Part shown: positions 48,517-61,258 of the stretch, piece after piece
How positions within the stretch are numbered: position 1 is the first letter of the stretch
Layout: the number at the start of each line of letters is the position of its first letter
Assembly (NCBI RefSeq): GCF_006345805.1
Contig: NC_043006.1
Location: 2,232,001-2,296,000 of the forward strand
DNA: 64,000 nt
Direction of reading: 5' to 3'
Source: Octopus sinensis
Lineage: Eukaryota
Notes under the pieces: model-generated
What the model was told of the DNA's origin: nothing
Seen by the model: the letters and a program-made list of their open reading frames with translations, nothing else
The model's database searches: none
Made by a program: the position numbers and the translations under genes

Positions 48517-51313
48517 TTGAGGTAATCAGAGTAAGTGACAGAATACTTAAGATTAGAATAGTGCTTCATAATAGATTAGCAACCATTATATCGGCCTATG
48601 CCCCTCAGCCAGGGCTACCCGATGGACAGAAAGACAGTTTCTATGACACCCTACTGCAGACCACCTCATTGACGAACGACAGGGACCTTCTCTTTGTGGC
48701 TGGTGATTTCAATGGGCATGTTGGACGACATGCTGGGGGCTTCCATGGCGTACATGGAGGCTACGGTTATGGTTCCCGCAACGAGGAGGGAACCAGGCTG
48801 CTGGAGTTCTGCGATGCGAATAGTCTTATGGTCTGCAACACTAACTTCAGGAAACCAACAAGCCACCTGGTCACCTACCGATCGGGGCCGGCATACTAGC
48901 CAAATCGACTACATCCTTGCCAGAAAAAGGGAAAGATGGCTGCTTATAAATGCCAAAACCTTCCCATGCGAAGAATGCACCCCACAACATAGACTGGTAG
49001 TTAGTGACTTTAGGATCAGGACTAAGAGGGCGACTAGAAGACGACCGACATGGAGAAGAAGGGTCTGGAAGCTTAAAGACCCTGCGAATGGATAGAGATT
49101 TAGAGATATGTTACTTGAAGCCTTTGACGAAGTGGAAGGGGGTATAGCTACACATGGGGTAGAAGACAACTGGACGTTTCTGAGGGACAACCTGCTGAAA
49201 GCCGCTGACCAGATCTGTGGCTGGTGCAAAGTCCCCTTAAGACCCAAAATAACGTGGTGGTGGAACAATATTGTTGACAGGGCTATTAGACAAAAGAAAC
49301 AGGCTTGGAAGGCCTGGAAGAACGGTGGTAGCAGGGAAGGGTATCAGACTGCCAGAAGGGAAGCTAGGAGACAGGTCTATCTAGCCAGAGGGGAAGCAGA
49401 TAAGAGAAAATTTGCCAATGTCCTGCGCCGTGAGGATGAAAGACTTGAGGTATTTCGTGTTGCAAGACAGTGTGTGAGAGAGAATCGTGATGTGGTAGGA
49501 GAGAAATGTGTTCGCATGGAGGATGGTTCACTTGCGCTAAATGAGGATGCAAAGAGAGAAGCTTGGAGACGCCACTATGAAAGGTTGCTGAATGAGGAAA
49601 ATGAATGGGATAAAGAGAGTCTGCCGAATGTTGACCCTACAGAGGGACCAGCTATCCGAGTTGATAGTTCCGTGGTAGCTAAGGCAATTAGAAGCATGAA
49701 GACAGGGAAAGCCCCAGGCCCATCAGGAATTACTGCAGAGATGCTCAAAATATCTGGCAGTGTCGGCTATAACCTAGTCACCCATATAGTCAACCAGGTG
49801 ATACACGAAGGAGTCATACCCAATGACTGGTGCAGCAGCATACTAGTCAACTGCTACAAAGGTAAAGGTGATGCCCTAGATACAAATAATTACAGAGGTA
49901 TCAATCTGTTGGATCAAGTAATGAAGGTTACGGAGAGGGTCATAGCCCAACTAATTAGAGAGAGAGTTAGTTTAGATGAGATGCAGTTTGGGTTCGTGCC
50001 AGGGAAAAGTACCACTGATGCTATATTCCTGGTAAGGCAGCTGCAGGAGAAATACCTAGCCAAAGATAAGCCCCTGTACCTGGCTTTCGTTGACATGGAG
50101 AAAGCTTTTGATAGGGTCCCCCGATCCCTTATCTGGTGGTCAATGAGGAAACTAGGGATAGATGAATGGCTGGTGAGGACTGTGCAAGCCATGTACAGAG
50201 ATGCCGTAAGTAAGGTTAGGGTTGGCAACATGTACACAGAAGAATTCAAAGTAGAGGTTGGGGTCCACCAGGATTCAGTACTCAGCCCCCTCCTATTTAT
50301 CATAGTACTCCAGGCAATTACGGAGGAATTCAAGACAGGCTGTCCCTGGGAGCTCCTCTATGCTGACGACCTTGCTCTTATTGCTGAGTCACTATCAGAA
50401 CTGGAGGAGAAGTTCCAGGTGTGGAAGGAGGGTTTAGAATCAAGGGGCCTTAGAGTCAACCTAGCTAAAACCAAAGTACTAATAAGTAGGAAGGTAGACA
50501 ATCCACAAATGTCTTCAGGAAGATGGCCCTGCTCGATCTGTAGAAAAGGTGTAGGTAGAAACTCTATAAGATGTACCCAGTGTAAGCTATGGACACATAA
50601 GAGGTGCAGCAATGTCAAAGGTAGGCTAACTGGGAAGATAGTTTTTGTATGTGGCAGATGCTCGGGAACATTAACCTCCGAAAATCTGCAGAAAACAACT
50701 TCCGTCACTTTCCAGGGGGAAAAACTAGAAGTACTTGATAGCTTCCGTTATCTAGGTGACCAAGTCAGTAGTGGGGGTGGGTGCGCTGAAAGTGTAACTG
50801 CTAGAATAAGAATAGCCTGGGCAAAGTTTAGGGAGCTCTTACCTCTGCTGGTGACTAAAGGCCTCTCGTCAGAGTAAAAGGCAGACTGTATGATGCGTGT
50901 GTACGAACAGCCATGCTACATGGCAGCGAAACATGGGCCGTGACTGCTGAGGACATGCGTAAGCTCGTGAGGAATGAAGCCAGTATGCTCCGATGGATGT
51001 GTAATGTCAGTGTACATACTCGACAGAGCGTTAGCACCTTGAGAGAAATGTTGTACCTAAGAAGCATCAGTTGTGGTGTGCAAGAGAGACGATTGCGCTG
51101 GTATGGTCATGTGGCGAGAATGGATGAAGACAGGTGTGTGAGAAAGTGCCAATCCCTAGCAGTTGAGGGAACCCGTGGAAGAAGTAGACCAGGAAAACCT
51201 GGGACGAGGTGGTGAAGCACGACCTTCGAACTTTAGGCCTCACTGAGGAAATGACCAGCGACCGAGACCTTTGGAAATATTCTGTACGTGAGAAGACCAG
51301 GCAGGACAAGTGA
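48517..51313 (+). pseudogene. RTE endonuclease/reverse transcriptase ORF with internal PHD finger
   Basis: ORFs 48417/48694/49108/50913 join via about three frameshifts and one stop (about 49093); ends ...EKTRQDK* at 51311-13. Confidence 0.9.
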
Positions 51314-52122
51314 GCCCAGCCCACTTATGAATGCCTTTCCTCCCTTGGACACAAAGACCTGTTGAGGCAAGCGAAGTCGATATAGAACCTCATCCGACGA
51401 CAGACACCCATGCCAACCCCCCCATGCTTGCGAAGACATGTTGGGGCAAGCGAAATCGAATCGAAATCGAAATCGAAACCGAATTGAACCAGCCAGGATC
51501 CCTGGCCTGGTGGTACGTAAAAAGCACTATCCGACTCGTGGCCGTGGCACGTAAAATACTCCAATGCGACCGTACGACAGGCACCCATGCCAACCCCCTT
51601 TGCTTGTGAAGACATGTTGGGGCAAGCGAAATCGAAATCGAATTGAACCAGCCAAGATCCCTGGTCTGGTGGTACGTAAAAAGCACTATCCGACTCGTGG
51701 CCGTGGAACGTAAAATACTCCAATGCGACCGTACGACAGGCACCCATGCCAACCCCCTTTGCTTGTGAAGACATGTTGGGGCAAGCGAAATCGAAATCGA
51801 ATTGAACCAGCCAGGATCCCTGGTCTGGTGGTACGTAAAAAGCACTATCCGACTCGTGGCCGATGCCAGCACCGCCTCGACTGGCTTCCGTGCCGGTGGC
51901 ACATAAAATACACCAATCTGACCGTGGTGTGCAGGTGGCACGTAAAAAGCACCCACTACACTCACGGAGTGGTTGGCGTTAGGAAGGGCATCCAGCTGTA
52001 GAAACATTGCCAGATTAGACTGGAGCCTGGTGCAGCCTTCTGGCTTCCCAGAACCCCGGTCGAACCGTCCAACCCATGCTAGCATGGAGAACGGACGTTA
52101 AACGATGATGATGATGATGATG

Positions 52123-52124
<2 letters not shown>
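48517..52124 (+). mobile_element. RTE-clade LINE, 5'-truncated, 3.6 kb, (GAT)n tail
   Basis: Partial APE (IISAYAPQ, AGDFNGHVG, SQIDYIL), RT (YRGINLL, FVDMEKAFDRV, LLYADDL), long modular 3' UTR. Confidence 0.95.
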
Positions 52125-52154
<30 letters not shown>

Positions 52155-52817
52155 GTGTGAGTGTTTGTTTCCCTGCCATCACTTGAAAACTGATGTTGGT
52201 GTGCTTATATCCCTGTAACTTAGCAGTTCAGCAAAGGAAACTGATAGAATAAGTACTAGACTTACAAAGAATAAGTCCTGGGATTGATTTCTTTGACTAA
52301 AAAACCCTTTAAGATGGTGCTCCAGCATGGTTGCAGTCAAATGACTGAAACAAGCAAAAGTAAAAAAGAATAACAGAATATATATATAAAAACAAAACTG
52401 AAAAATGGAAATTTTTTTGGTAATATTTATTCTCTGTTACACGTGTTTTGTTTTCTAATGGGAATCACAAAGATCTACATGTTATATCGACATGTAAGAA
52501 TATTTTATTATACATCATAATTATTATAAACTTTTCTGTTCTATGATTTCTCTAATAGGAAATTCTGTACATGTGTATATAACATGTAAATCACTGTGAT
52601 CCCTATTAGAAAATGAAACACATGTAATGGAGAATAGATAATTCAAAAAGATTTCTGTTTTCCTGTTTTGTTTATTCAACAACTCTGCAAATAATATTTC
52701 CATAAGCCCCAATTTTAATGTGTATTTTGATTTACATTCAACAATAATAATGGATACATATTGGTTGTAATAATGGAATAAGCAGATGTGCTTCAAGAGC
52801 AAACAGCTGGGATTTAC

Positions 52818-53301
52818 CCAACAGATGAGGTGGTGAAGCATGATCTTCAAACTTTGAGCCTCACTGAGGCAATGCTAAGTGACTGAGACCTTTGGCAATA
52901 TGACATGCTTGAGAAGACCCGTCAAGCCAAGTGGAATCGTAGTTGTGACCATTGCTGGTGTCACGTAACTGGCAAATAAAAAGCACCTTCTGAGCACTGG
53001 GCCACACAGAGGCAATGACAAATGACCGAGACCTTCAGCAATATGCTGTGCTTGAGAAGAAGACCCATCAAGCCAAGTGAAATCATAGTCGTGGCAGATA
53101 TTGGTGTCACACAACTGGCACCCATGCTGGTGGCACGTAAAAGCACCTATTACACTCTCGGAGTGGCAGGAAAGGCATCCAACCATAGAAACCATGCCAG
53201 ATCACACTGGAGTCTAGTGCAGTCCATCAGCTTACTAGCCCTGGTCAAACCATCCAACTCATGCCAGCATGGACAACGGATGCTAAACGATGATGATGAT
53301 G
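52818..53301 (+). mobile_element. RTE LINE 3' end (older subfamily)
   Basis: GATGAGGTGGTGAAGCATGATCTT...AAACGATGATGATGAT. Confidence 0.8.
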
Positions 53302-53418
53302 AAGATCTATACAATATATATATACATATATACATACACACACACACACACATGCTTTATTAATAAAGATGTAAAGACATCACAAGAACTGTCACTCAGA
53401 GTTTCACATTCCCACATA

Positions 53419-54523
53419 TGATCGTCGTCACTGTTTAATGTCCACTTTCCATGCTGGCATGGGTTGGACAGTTTGACTGAAGGCTGGCAAGCCAGAAGGT
53501 TGCTCTAGGCTCCACTCCGATCTGACAAAGTTTCTACAGATGGATGCCCTTCCTAACATCAACCACTCCGAGTGTGTAGGGTCAGTCAGGCGGCACTTGC
53601 AATGACCATGCTCGAATGGTGCTTTTTACGTGCCACCAGAATGGGAGCCAGTCAGACAGTAATGGCAATGATCATGCTTGAATGGTGCCTTTTATGTGCC
53701 ACTGGCATGGGACCATTCAGGCAGCACTGATATTGACCATGCTCAAATGGTGCTTTTTATGTGCCACCAGCACAGGTGCCAATCAAGCGGTACTGTCATT
53801 GGACATGACTATGACTTGCTTCAACAGGTCTTTGCAAGTGCCGTTTATTGCCCAATGATTGAAGGGCACTCTTAAATGGGCTGGTTGTGCAGCACCGGCA
53901 TAGGCCATGCTTATGGTCTCACTTGGCTTGCCGGGTCTTCTCAAGCACAGGTCTTCCTGTGTCTACCTCTTCCACAGGTTACCCCTACTTCTAGGGTGTG
54001 ACACTTTTTCACACAGCTGTCCTCATCCATACGTAACACATGACCAAACTAGTGCAGTCGTCTCTCTTGCACACCACATTTGATGCTTCTTATGTTCAAC
54101 TTTTTTCTCAGGGTACTTGAGTATGAACACTGATATTGCACATCCAGCACAGTATACTAGCTTTATTCCTTGTAAACTTACACATGTCCTCAGCATTCAT
54201 GGCCAATGTTTCACTGCTATGTAGCATGGCTGTACACACACATGTGTCATACAGTCTACCTTCTACTCTGAGCAAAGGCCCTTTGTCACCAGAGGTAAGA
54301 GCTCTCTGAACTTTGCCCAGGCTATTCTTATTCTAGCAGCTATGATCTCATAGCAACCATCCCTGCTACTGACTTGGTCCCCTAGGTAATGAAAGCTATC
54401 AACTACATGTAGTTGCTCCTTAGCATTTGCCACACACAAAAGGAGTGTTATTGCTCCTTAGCATTTGCCACACACAAAAACTATCTTCCCAGTTAGCCTT
54501 CCTTTGATATTGCTTACACTGGG
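53419..54523 (-). mobile_element. 5'-truncated RTE LINE
   Basis: Reverse complement of the C-terminal ORF region plus 3' UTR; local 29-bp duplication at about 54412-54479. Confidence 0.85.
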
Positions 54524-54845
54524 TTTATATATATATATATATATACACATATATTTATATCTATGTATCTATATCTATATATATATAATTAATAAAAAAA
54601 TGGAGAAAAAGACAAGCAAAAACAACAGCGCAAGGATGTGGTACATGCAAAGTATTAATAAGACACTTGAAGAAGGAAAGACAGGCTGTTTTACATTTCA
54701 ATCAAAGCTCTTCTTCAGAAACAGGAAACAGAGGAAAGTCCAAGAGAAAAGGAAGACAGATGAAACAAATCGCCAACAGTCCATACATGCTAATATCAAA
54801 CTGGGAGAATGAATACTTAACACTGCACAGGTGGATAAATATTCT

Positions 54846-55079
54846 TTATTTGTGAGTTAACAAGACTACCAATGGTTTCATGTCAGGAGGAATCTCCCAA
54901 CAATTATCAAGTCTGTCACATGGGAATGTTAATACTTGTCTCCATCTTGTGGTCCTAGTACTAAACTCATCTAAGAGGGAGACAAGTACCAACGTTCCCA
55001 TGTGATAGGCTTCATAATTGCTGAGAGATTTTTTACTACATGAAACCATCGGTAGCCTTGTTAAGCCAATAAAGTATAG

Positions 55080-55162
<83 letters not shown>

Positions 55163-58100
55163 CACCATTTATCAGGACCCCCAAACCACTTTCAATACTA
55201 GAAGATGCAACAGCTAAGGGAATTTGATTCTGCTGGCAGACTGTAGCAAGAAGTAAATTCATTAGGAATGTCTTTCCTGTACCACCAGGAGCATCCAAAA
55301 AGAAAACCCCACCTCATTCATGTTTGAATGCATCAATGATTGTATTATATGCATACCTTTGCAATTGTTAAAGTTGAGGCTCATTTTCTGTGACAAACTG
55401 TGCCAGAGCATCTAAATTACAGGAAGTTTCTCAGAGGATTTCATGGCACAAATTCTGTTGCTGTCTGTTGTTAATGGCAATCCATACTCATTTAGATCTT
55501 TCCCTCCCAAATGATGGAGTTTATTCGGAAGCAGTATCAAAGTCTCTTTGAGAATATAGTCATTTAATTGAAGGTTGAGGTTTGGATTCTCCCTTTACGC
55601 ATGATTGAGAACATCTTCGCTTAGTTCATGCTTGGGATTCTCCCATAGCTGTTTTGGATTCAACAAGCCACATGTGTGAAGCAAATAAATTCCTCAGCTG
55701 AGTTGGAGAACTTGAAACGGTAGCTTCAGTTAACGTGTCAGCCCAGTGAGAATCAGTTTCTAACGGTCCTTGTCTGTGACATTATTCACAATAAGTTTCA
55801 CATAGTTGACCATCAACCATTAACCATTCTAAGATCTTGAAAAGACTTTGGTCCTCTAACCACATGGAATAACATGTGAAGAGAATAGCATTGAAAGTTG
55901 TTCGGATGTACAGTATAGACCCTTCCGGGTGCATCATCTTTCTTAACGCCCGGCCATCCTTCAACATCTCTTCCTCTTGACCTCCTCTTGACCTCCTCTT
56001 GACCTCCTCTTATCAGTTTTAATCCATGTGTAGAAGTTTGGGACTTGTTGGAAGAGTAATGTTGCAGCAAAAGAGTCCTGATGAGAAAGTTCTAAGAAAG
56101 CAGTAAGTGTTGTTTCTGGAGGAGTTTGCATTTTCTGCAAAACCTCTTTTACCCTTTTACTTGTTTCAGTCATTTGACTGTGGCCATGCTGGAGCACCGC
56201 CTTTAGTTGAACAAATCAACCCCAGGTCTTATTCTTTATAAGTTTAGTACTTATTCTATTAGTCTCTTTTGCCGAACCGCTAAGTTACGGGGACGCAAAC
56301 ACACCAGCATCAGTTGTCAACTGATGTTGGGTGACAAACACAGACACACAAACGTATACACACATATACATATATAATTATATATACATATATACGACGG
56401 GCTTCTTTCAGTTTCTGTCTACCAAATCCACTCACAAGGCTTTGGTCAGCCCGAGGCTATAGTAGAAGACATTTGCCCAAGGTGCCATGCAGTGGAGCTG
56501 AACCCAGAACCATGTGGTTGATAAGCAAGCTACTTACCACACAGCCACTCCTGCTGAGGATTTTGAGGATTAAAGATTAAAGATTAAAGATTACATGCTG
56601 CCCATTTTCTAAACGTATGGCAAGATGAACTACTGCTGGACACCTTTCATGAATTGGAAAATTGAAAAGTCTCCATGCTGCCTCATTGCTGCTAATATAT
56701 CAAGCCATCTGGTCACATGTTCGCTCATCATTTTTATCTGGATGTTTTAGCCCAATCATTGCCATATCAGATCCCTTGTTTATATACTTACAGACATATT
56801 TGATTGATTTGACAGAATTGCAAAATTCCACATTGATGTGCTCATTGAAAGTTTTGCACAGTATTGGACAGTGTGGAACAATCCCCCTGTTATCAATTTC
56901 TAACTGACAGTTCTGTCGTACTCCAATGCTTGCTCTGAATCCTTCCTGGCACGGTGCATGACATCTGTAGAGCAGATAACCATCATATCCTATTTGAGCT
57001 TCATCTAAAAACTGCTTTGGATAGTATTTGATGCACTTACCATCCACCATATAAATAGAATTGAAATTCATTGTACCACACAGATCATGAACCATCTGTG
57101 TTTTTTATAGTTTCAAATAGTTCTGGGTTTCTTTCTGGGTCTGGTAATTCAGCACTAATGATGGTATCAATTTGGTTGAGATGAATTTTTTTTGTGTAAC
57201 CAAAACAGCAGAAGGCCTCTCTTTTACCATTCAATAGTGTACATATGACAAATAGTTGGTCCAAAAATGGCAATGTTTGTGTTGGTGATTAGATAAACCA
57301 TTTTCATAACTTTTTGATGAAACATTCTTGCAATAATATTATGTCGATGACAGGGTTCTTGACGTGGAAGAAAGTTGGGTTTTATTTCTTCCCATTGAGG
57401 GTTGCAAGTGAAGGTGACAAAAATATCCGGTTTTCCATATGTCCTGACCTATGTCATATAAACCCTGTGTTAATTTGTGCATATATCGAGGACCACCTGT
57501 GAATAATGATGGGAGGATTATAAGATGTCCAATGTTTTGAATATCACCATCTGCTCTGAAAGCATCTTGAAGATGGACATAATTTTCAGCCCTTAACTGT
57601 TTTTGATTGTCACAAATGTATAAGAGACACTCACTCTCAACGTTAGCATAGGTATCAACCAGGTATTACTGAAGTAGATTACGATATGCGTAACTGATTT
57701 GATTGTTCCAGTCCTAACATCAGTCAGTAAGAATAGAAGTCATTTGACGTCACCTTTTTTGTTTGTAATTGGCTTACCTGTTGCAAGTTGAATCTATGGA
57801 ATATTGAAATTTTACCCATTTTGTCCATTCCACAGAATAAGAGAATACTGGAGAGCATCATAAGAGGAACAAGTCTCTGAAACACATTTAATGTTATCTT
57901 GAGCACGAATGAGAATATCACGATTGTCATGGGGATCACCTACCATAAGGATGGCTACTTCATTTGATGTAGGCTCATTAAAACGATGTACATGTTGATG
58001 ATGAGGTTGTTTGTCAGCGGGGATAACTATTTGGTAATCACCTTGAGGTTGTTGTTCAATAACTGTTTTAGAGGCTTGAACCAGGGCATTGTCTTCTTGT

Positions 58101-58857
58101 AACATACTTTGCAATTGGTGAACAATATTTATATCCAAATTTCTGAAGTTTTGACACCTCCTTTGGGTTTGTTGCCCTACATCACTCATAAAGTAAATTT
58201 GGAGGAATTTTGGTTGTTCATTTGTAGGTAACAAGGAACCAATGAGGTGATAGACATCTCACCTTCTCTGTTGAGACTCTTGCCTTTGGTTTTCTGGAAT
58301 GATTACATCTTTCCTTTGGTGGCATATTTTTTTAATATTGTAACCAAAAAAATCATGAATATAGAAAAAGTATACATCAATCTTTATTTTTGTAAGCAGT
58401 TGTATGTATATAGTATGTCTGTATTTTTTGTATGCACTGTAAATTAATGAAATATAAGCACATGTATGAAACTGTTGATTTAATGGTAAATGCCGCAATA
58501 ATTGTTACAGAGAGACAAAGAATTTTATATTTTACCTTGCAACTGCCACAATGATTATTAACTGGTAATGGAACAGTAAATGTGTATTGCTTTAATGGAA
58601 ATGAAAATAAAATTTTGTATTGACACTGGGCAGCCTGCACATCACACATGTCAGTCGTCAGTTATGTATGTGTAGATGTGTGTGTATGTGTTTAATAAAG
58701 TACCAAATATAGTGTGTCTGTATATTTGTATGCAGTGTAAATTAATCCCAAAACATTACGAGTTGACACTCCTGGGGTCTCAAAGTATTACCATGTAAAA
58801 TTTGATTTGATTTGGTTCAGCCGTTAGAGAATGATTGGAACAGATTAAGATACAAAG

Positions 58858-58870
<13 letters not shown>
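54846..58870 (-). mobile_element. Helitron, formerly autonomous, 3'-truncated, interrupted by a SINE (56144-56554) and (GT)n
   Basis: Minus: N-terminal PKFLQIYF...RFNEPTSNEVAIL...SYDALQY; Rep region MVHDLCG...DGKC.KYYPK...EIDNRGIVPH...HINVEFCNSVKSIKYVCKYINKGSD; GRVYTVHPNN; Pif1 Walker A DAPGGTGKTFL. Helitron-like 5' leader up to the TA tract near 58860. Confidence 0.9.
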
Positions 58871-58896
<26 letters not shown>

Positions 58897-58899
<3 letters not shown>

Positions 58900-58952
58900 T
58901 AAGCAATTAAGGGTTTAGCAACGGGTTTTGCTAAACCCTTAATTGCTTAGTA
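58897..58952. repeat. Perfect 25-bp stem, 6-nt loop hairpin
   Basis: TACTAAGCAATTAAGGGTTTAGCAA-CGGGTT-TTGCTAAACCCTTAATTGCTTAGTA. Confidence 0.95.
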
Positions 58953-58970
58953 TTACTTAAATTTTCCTCG

Positions 58971-59420
58971 AATGAGGCTTTTACATGCCAAAATCTACTT
59001 GGTGTAATTAATAATTATTCCAAATTAATTAATTTCACCCTATATTGTTACTGATATATATATATATAGATAGATAGATAAATAGATAGATAGATAGATT
59101 ATAATTATTGAATTAAAAATAAAAGTAATAACTTTAACGCATGCATGCACACACACACACACATACATATACACACACAATAGACATGCTTATATAATCT
59201 TAGTCTATTGGAGTTTTCGAACAACTGATCATAATGTAACCCTTGTATTGTCCTTTTCCATGCCCTCATAATTTTCCTCCCAAGGTACTTTGGAATGCAA
59301 GATCATATATTTATATATGTTTTGCGGTTTAAATTGGATGTGAAATGAAACAATTCTAGGTGGAAATGTTAATTAATTTATAGATTAATTTGTATCCATT
59401 GGATCTCTTCCTTTTCAAAC

Positions 59421-59457
<37 letters not shown>

Positions 59458-59811
59458 TGGTGATAATATATATGATCTTGCATTCCAAAGTACCTTGGGA
59501 GGAAAATCATGAGGGCATGGAAAAGGACAATACAAGGGTTACATTATGATCAGTTGTTCGAAAACTCCAATAGACTAAGATTATATAAGCATGTCTATTG
59601 TGTGTGTATATGTATGTGTGTGTGTGTGTGCATGCATGCGTTAAAGTTATTACTTTTATTTTTAATTCAATAATTATAATCTATCTATCTATCTATCTAT
59701 TTATCTATCTATCTATATATATATATATCAGTAACAATATAGGGTGAAATTAATTAATTTGGAATAATCATTAATTACACCAAGTAGATTTTGGCATGTA
59801 AAAGCCTCATT
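58971..59811. repeat. Near-perfect inverted duplication, arms about 340 bp (58971-59310 and 59468-59811)
   Basis: I saw two substitutions; internal (GATA)n and (CA)n tracts are mirrored. Confidence 0.9.
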
Positions 59812-59835
59812 TTGTCTATTTTCATAAAGCTTCCC

Positions 59836-60122
<287 letters not shown>

Positions 60123-60564
60123 GTACCCTGAGGCATGGACAGACAAAACCTGGATGCTGGTGCACCATGGTAATTCAATACTCATGCATCTCTCCTTGTC
60201 TGTGACTTATTTTGGCAAAGCCTGAAATGACTCATATCCTAGCCACCCTAATCCCTAGTGTTGCCCCCCACCCCACCCTGCAGACATTTTTTTCTTCTTC
60301 TGATGATGATGATATACGTAATCCACCCTGAAAGGTTGCCAATTTAAGTCGATAGGTGAGATGGTTGAAGGTTCTCTATGAGGATCACAAATAACCCTGA
60401 AAGGATGCTCTAGGATGCGTTCCAAGACTGTTAAAAGCATTGTTGGACAATGGTGGTATCACTGAATGGCACTGTCCTGAAGGGGACAAATTTGATTATC
60501 TTATAAGTAAAGCAATGAATTAGTTCTATGAAATATTTGGTTCCTTTTGGATAGTATTAATAAC

Positions 60565-60597
<33 letters not shown>

Positions 60598-60961
60598 ATA
60601 AATAATATGTTTAACATGTGAGAGCGATAAAACAGTGCTCCGAAATCTATCCACAAACATTGGAAACAAAGACGTTGTATGGAGCCAAAAAATAACTGAC
60701 AAAGGATTGGACTATATCCGAGTAAGTAATACTCATTAAATTTATTACTATTTTCCAAACGAAATGATGTATTTTAACTCGATATCCTCTCCACCTCTAA
60801 CACAGCACAACATGTAAACATGCTTGATACATTACGATCCAGCAACACCAGATCATCTCCGGCCCCAAACACCATGTACAAAGAAACTATGAACAAATTA
60901 AATAATACCGATATTATTCAACCCAAGAATAACAATCGGGAAGTGCGTTGCTCTCTCACTC

Positions 60962-61007
<46 letters not shown>

Positions 61008-61013
61008 GTAATA

Positions 61014-61258
61014 ATAATTGGTGTGTTGAGAACGATAAAGAAGGGAGCTGAGAAGTATATTAAGCAACACTCTGGTAACTCCAATCTCTGAAGACTACAA
61101 AAGATAACCTTGATGGGTACAACCCATATACTACGGAAAGAACTCTCCATCTAAAATGGTGATAATTCTAGCATGCGTAGCAAAACCAAAGTGCCCTTGC
61201 TACTGTTGGCCTCTGGAGGATGCCCGGTACTAAGGCAGCTGGAATAAAGTTATAATAA
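61014..61258 (+). mobile_element. R4/Dong-like non-LTR element 3' end next to a (TAA)n tract
   Basis: IIGVLRTIKKGAEKYIKQHSGNSNL*RLQKITLMGTTHILRKELSI* resembles the C-terminus of R4-clade RLE elements; directly follows (AAT)n at 60962-61013. Confidence 0.65.
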
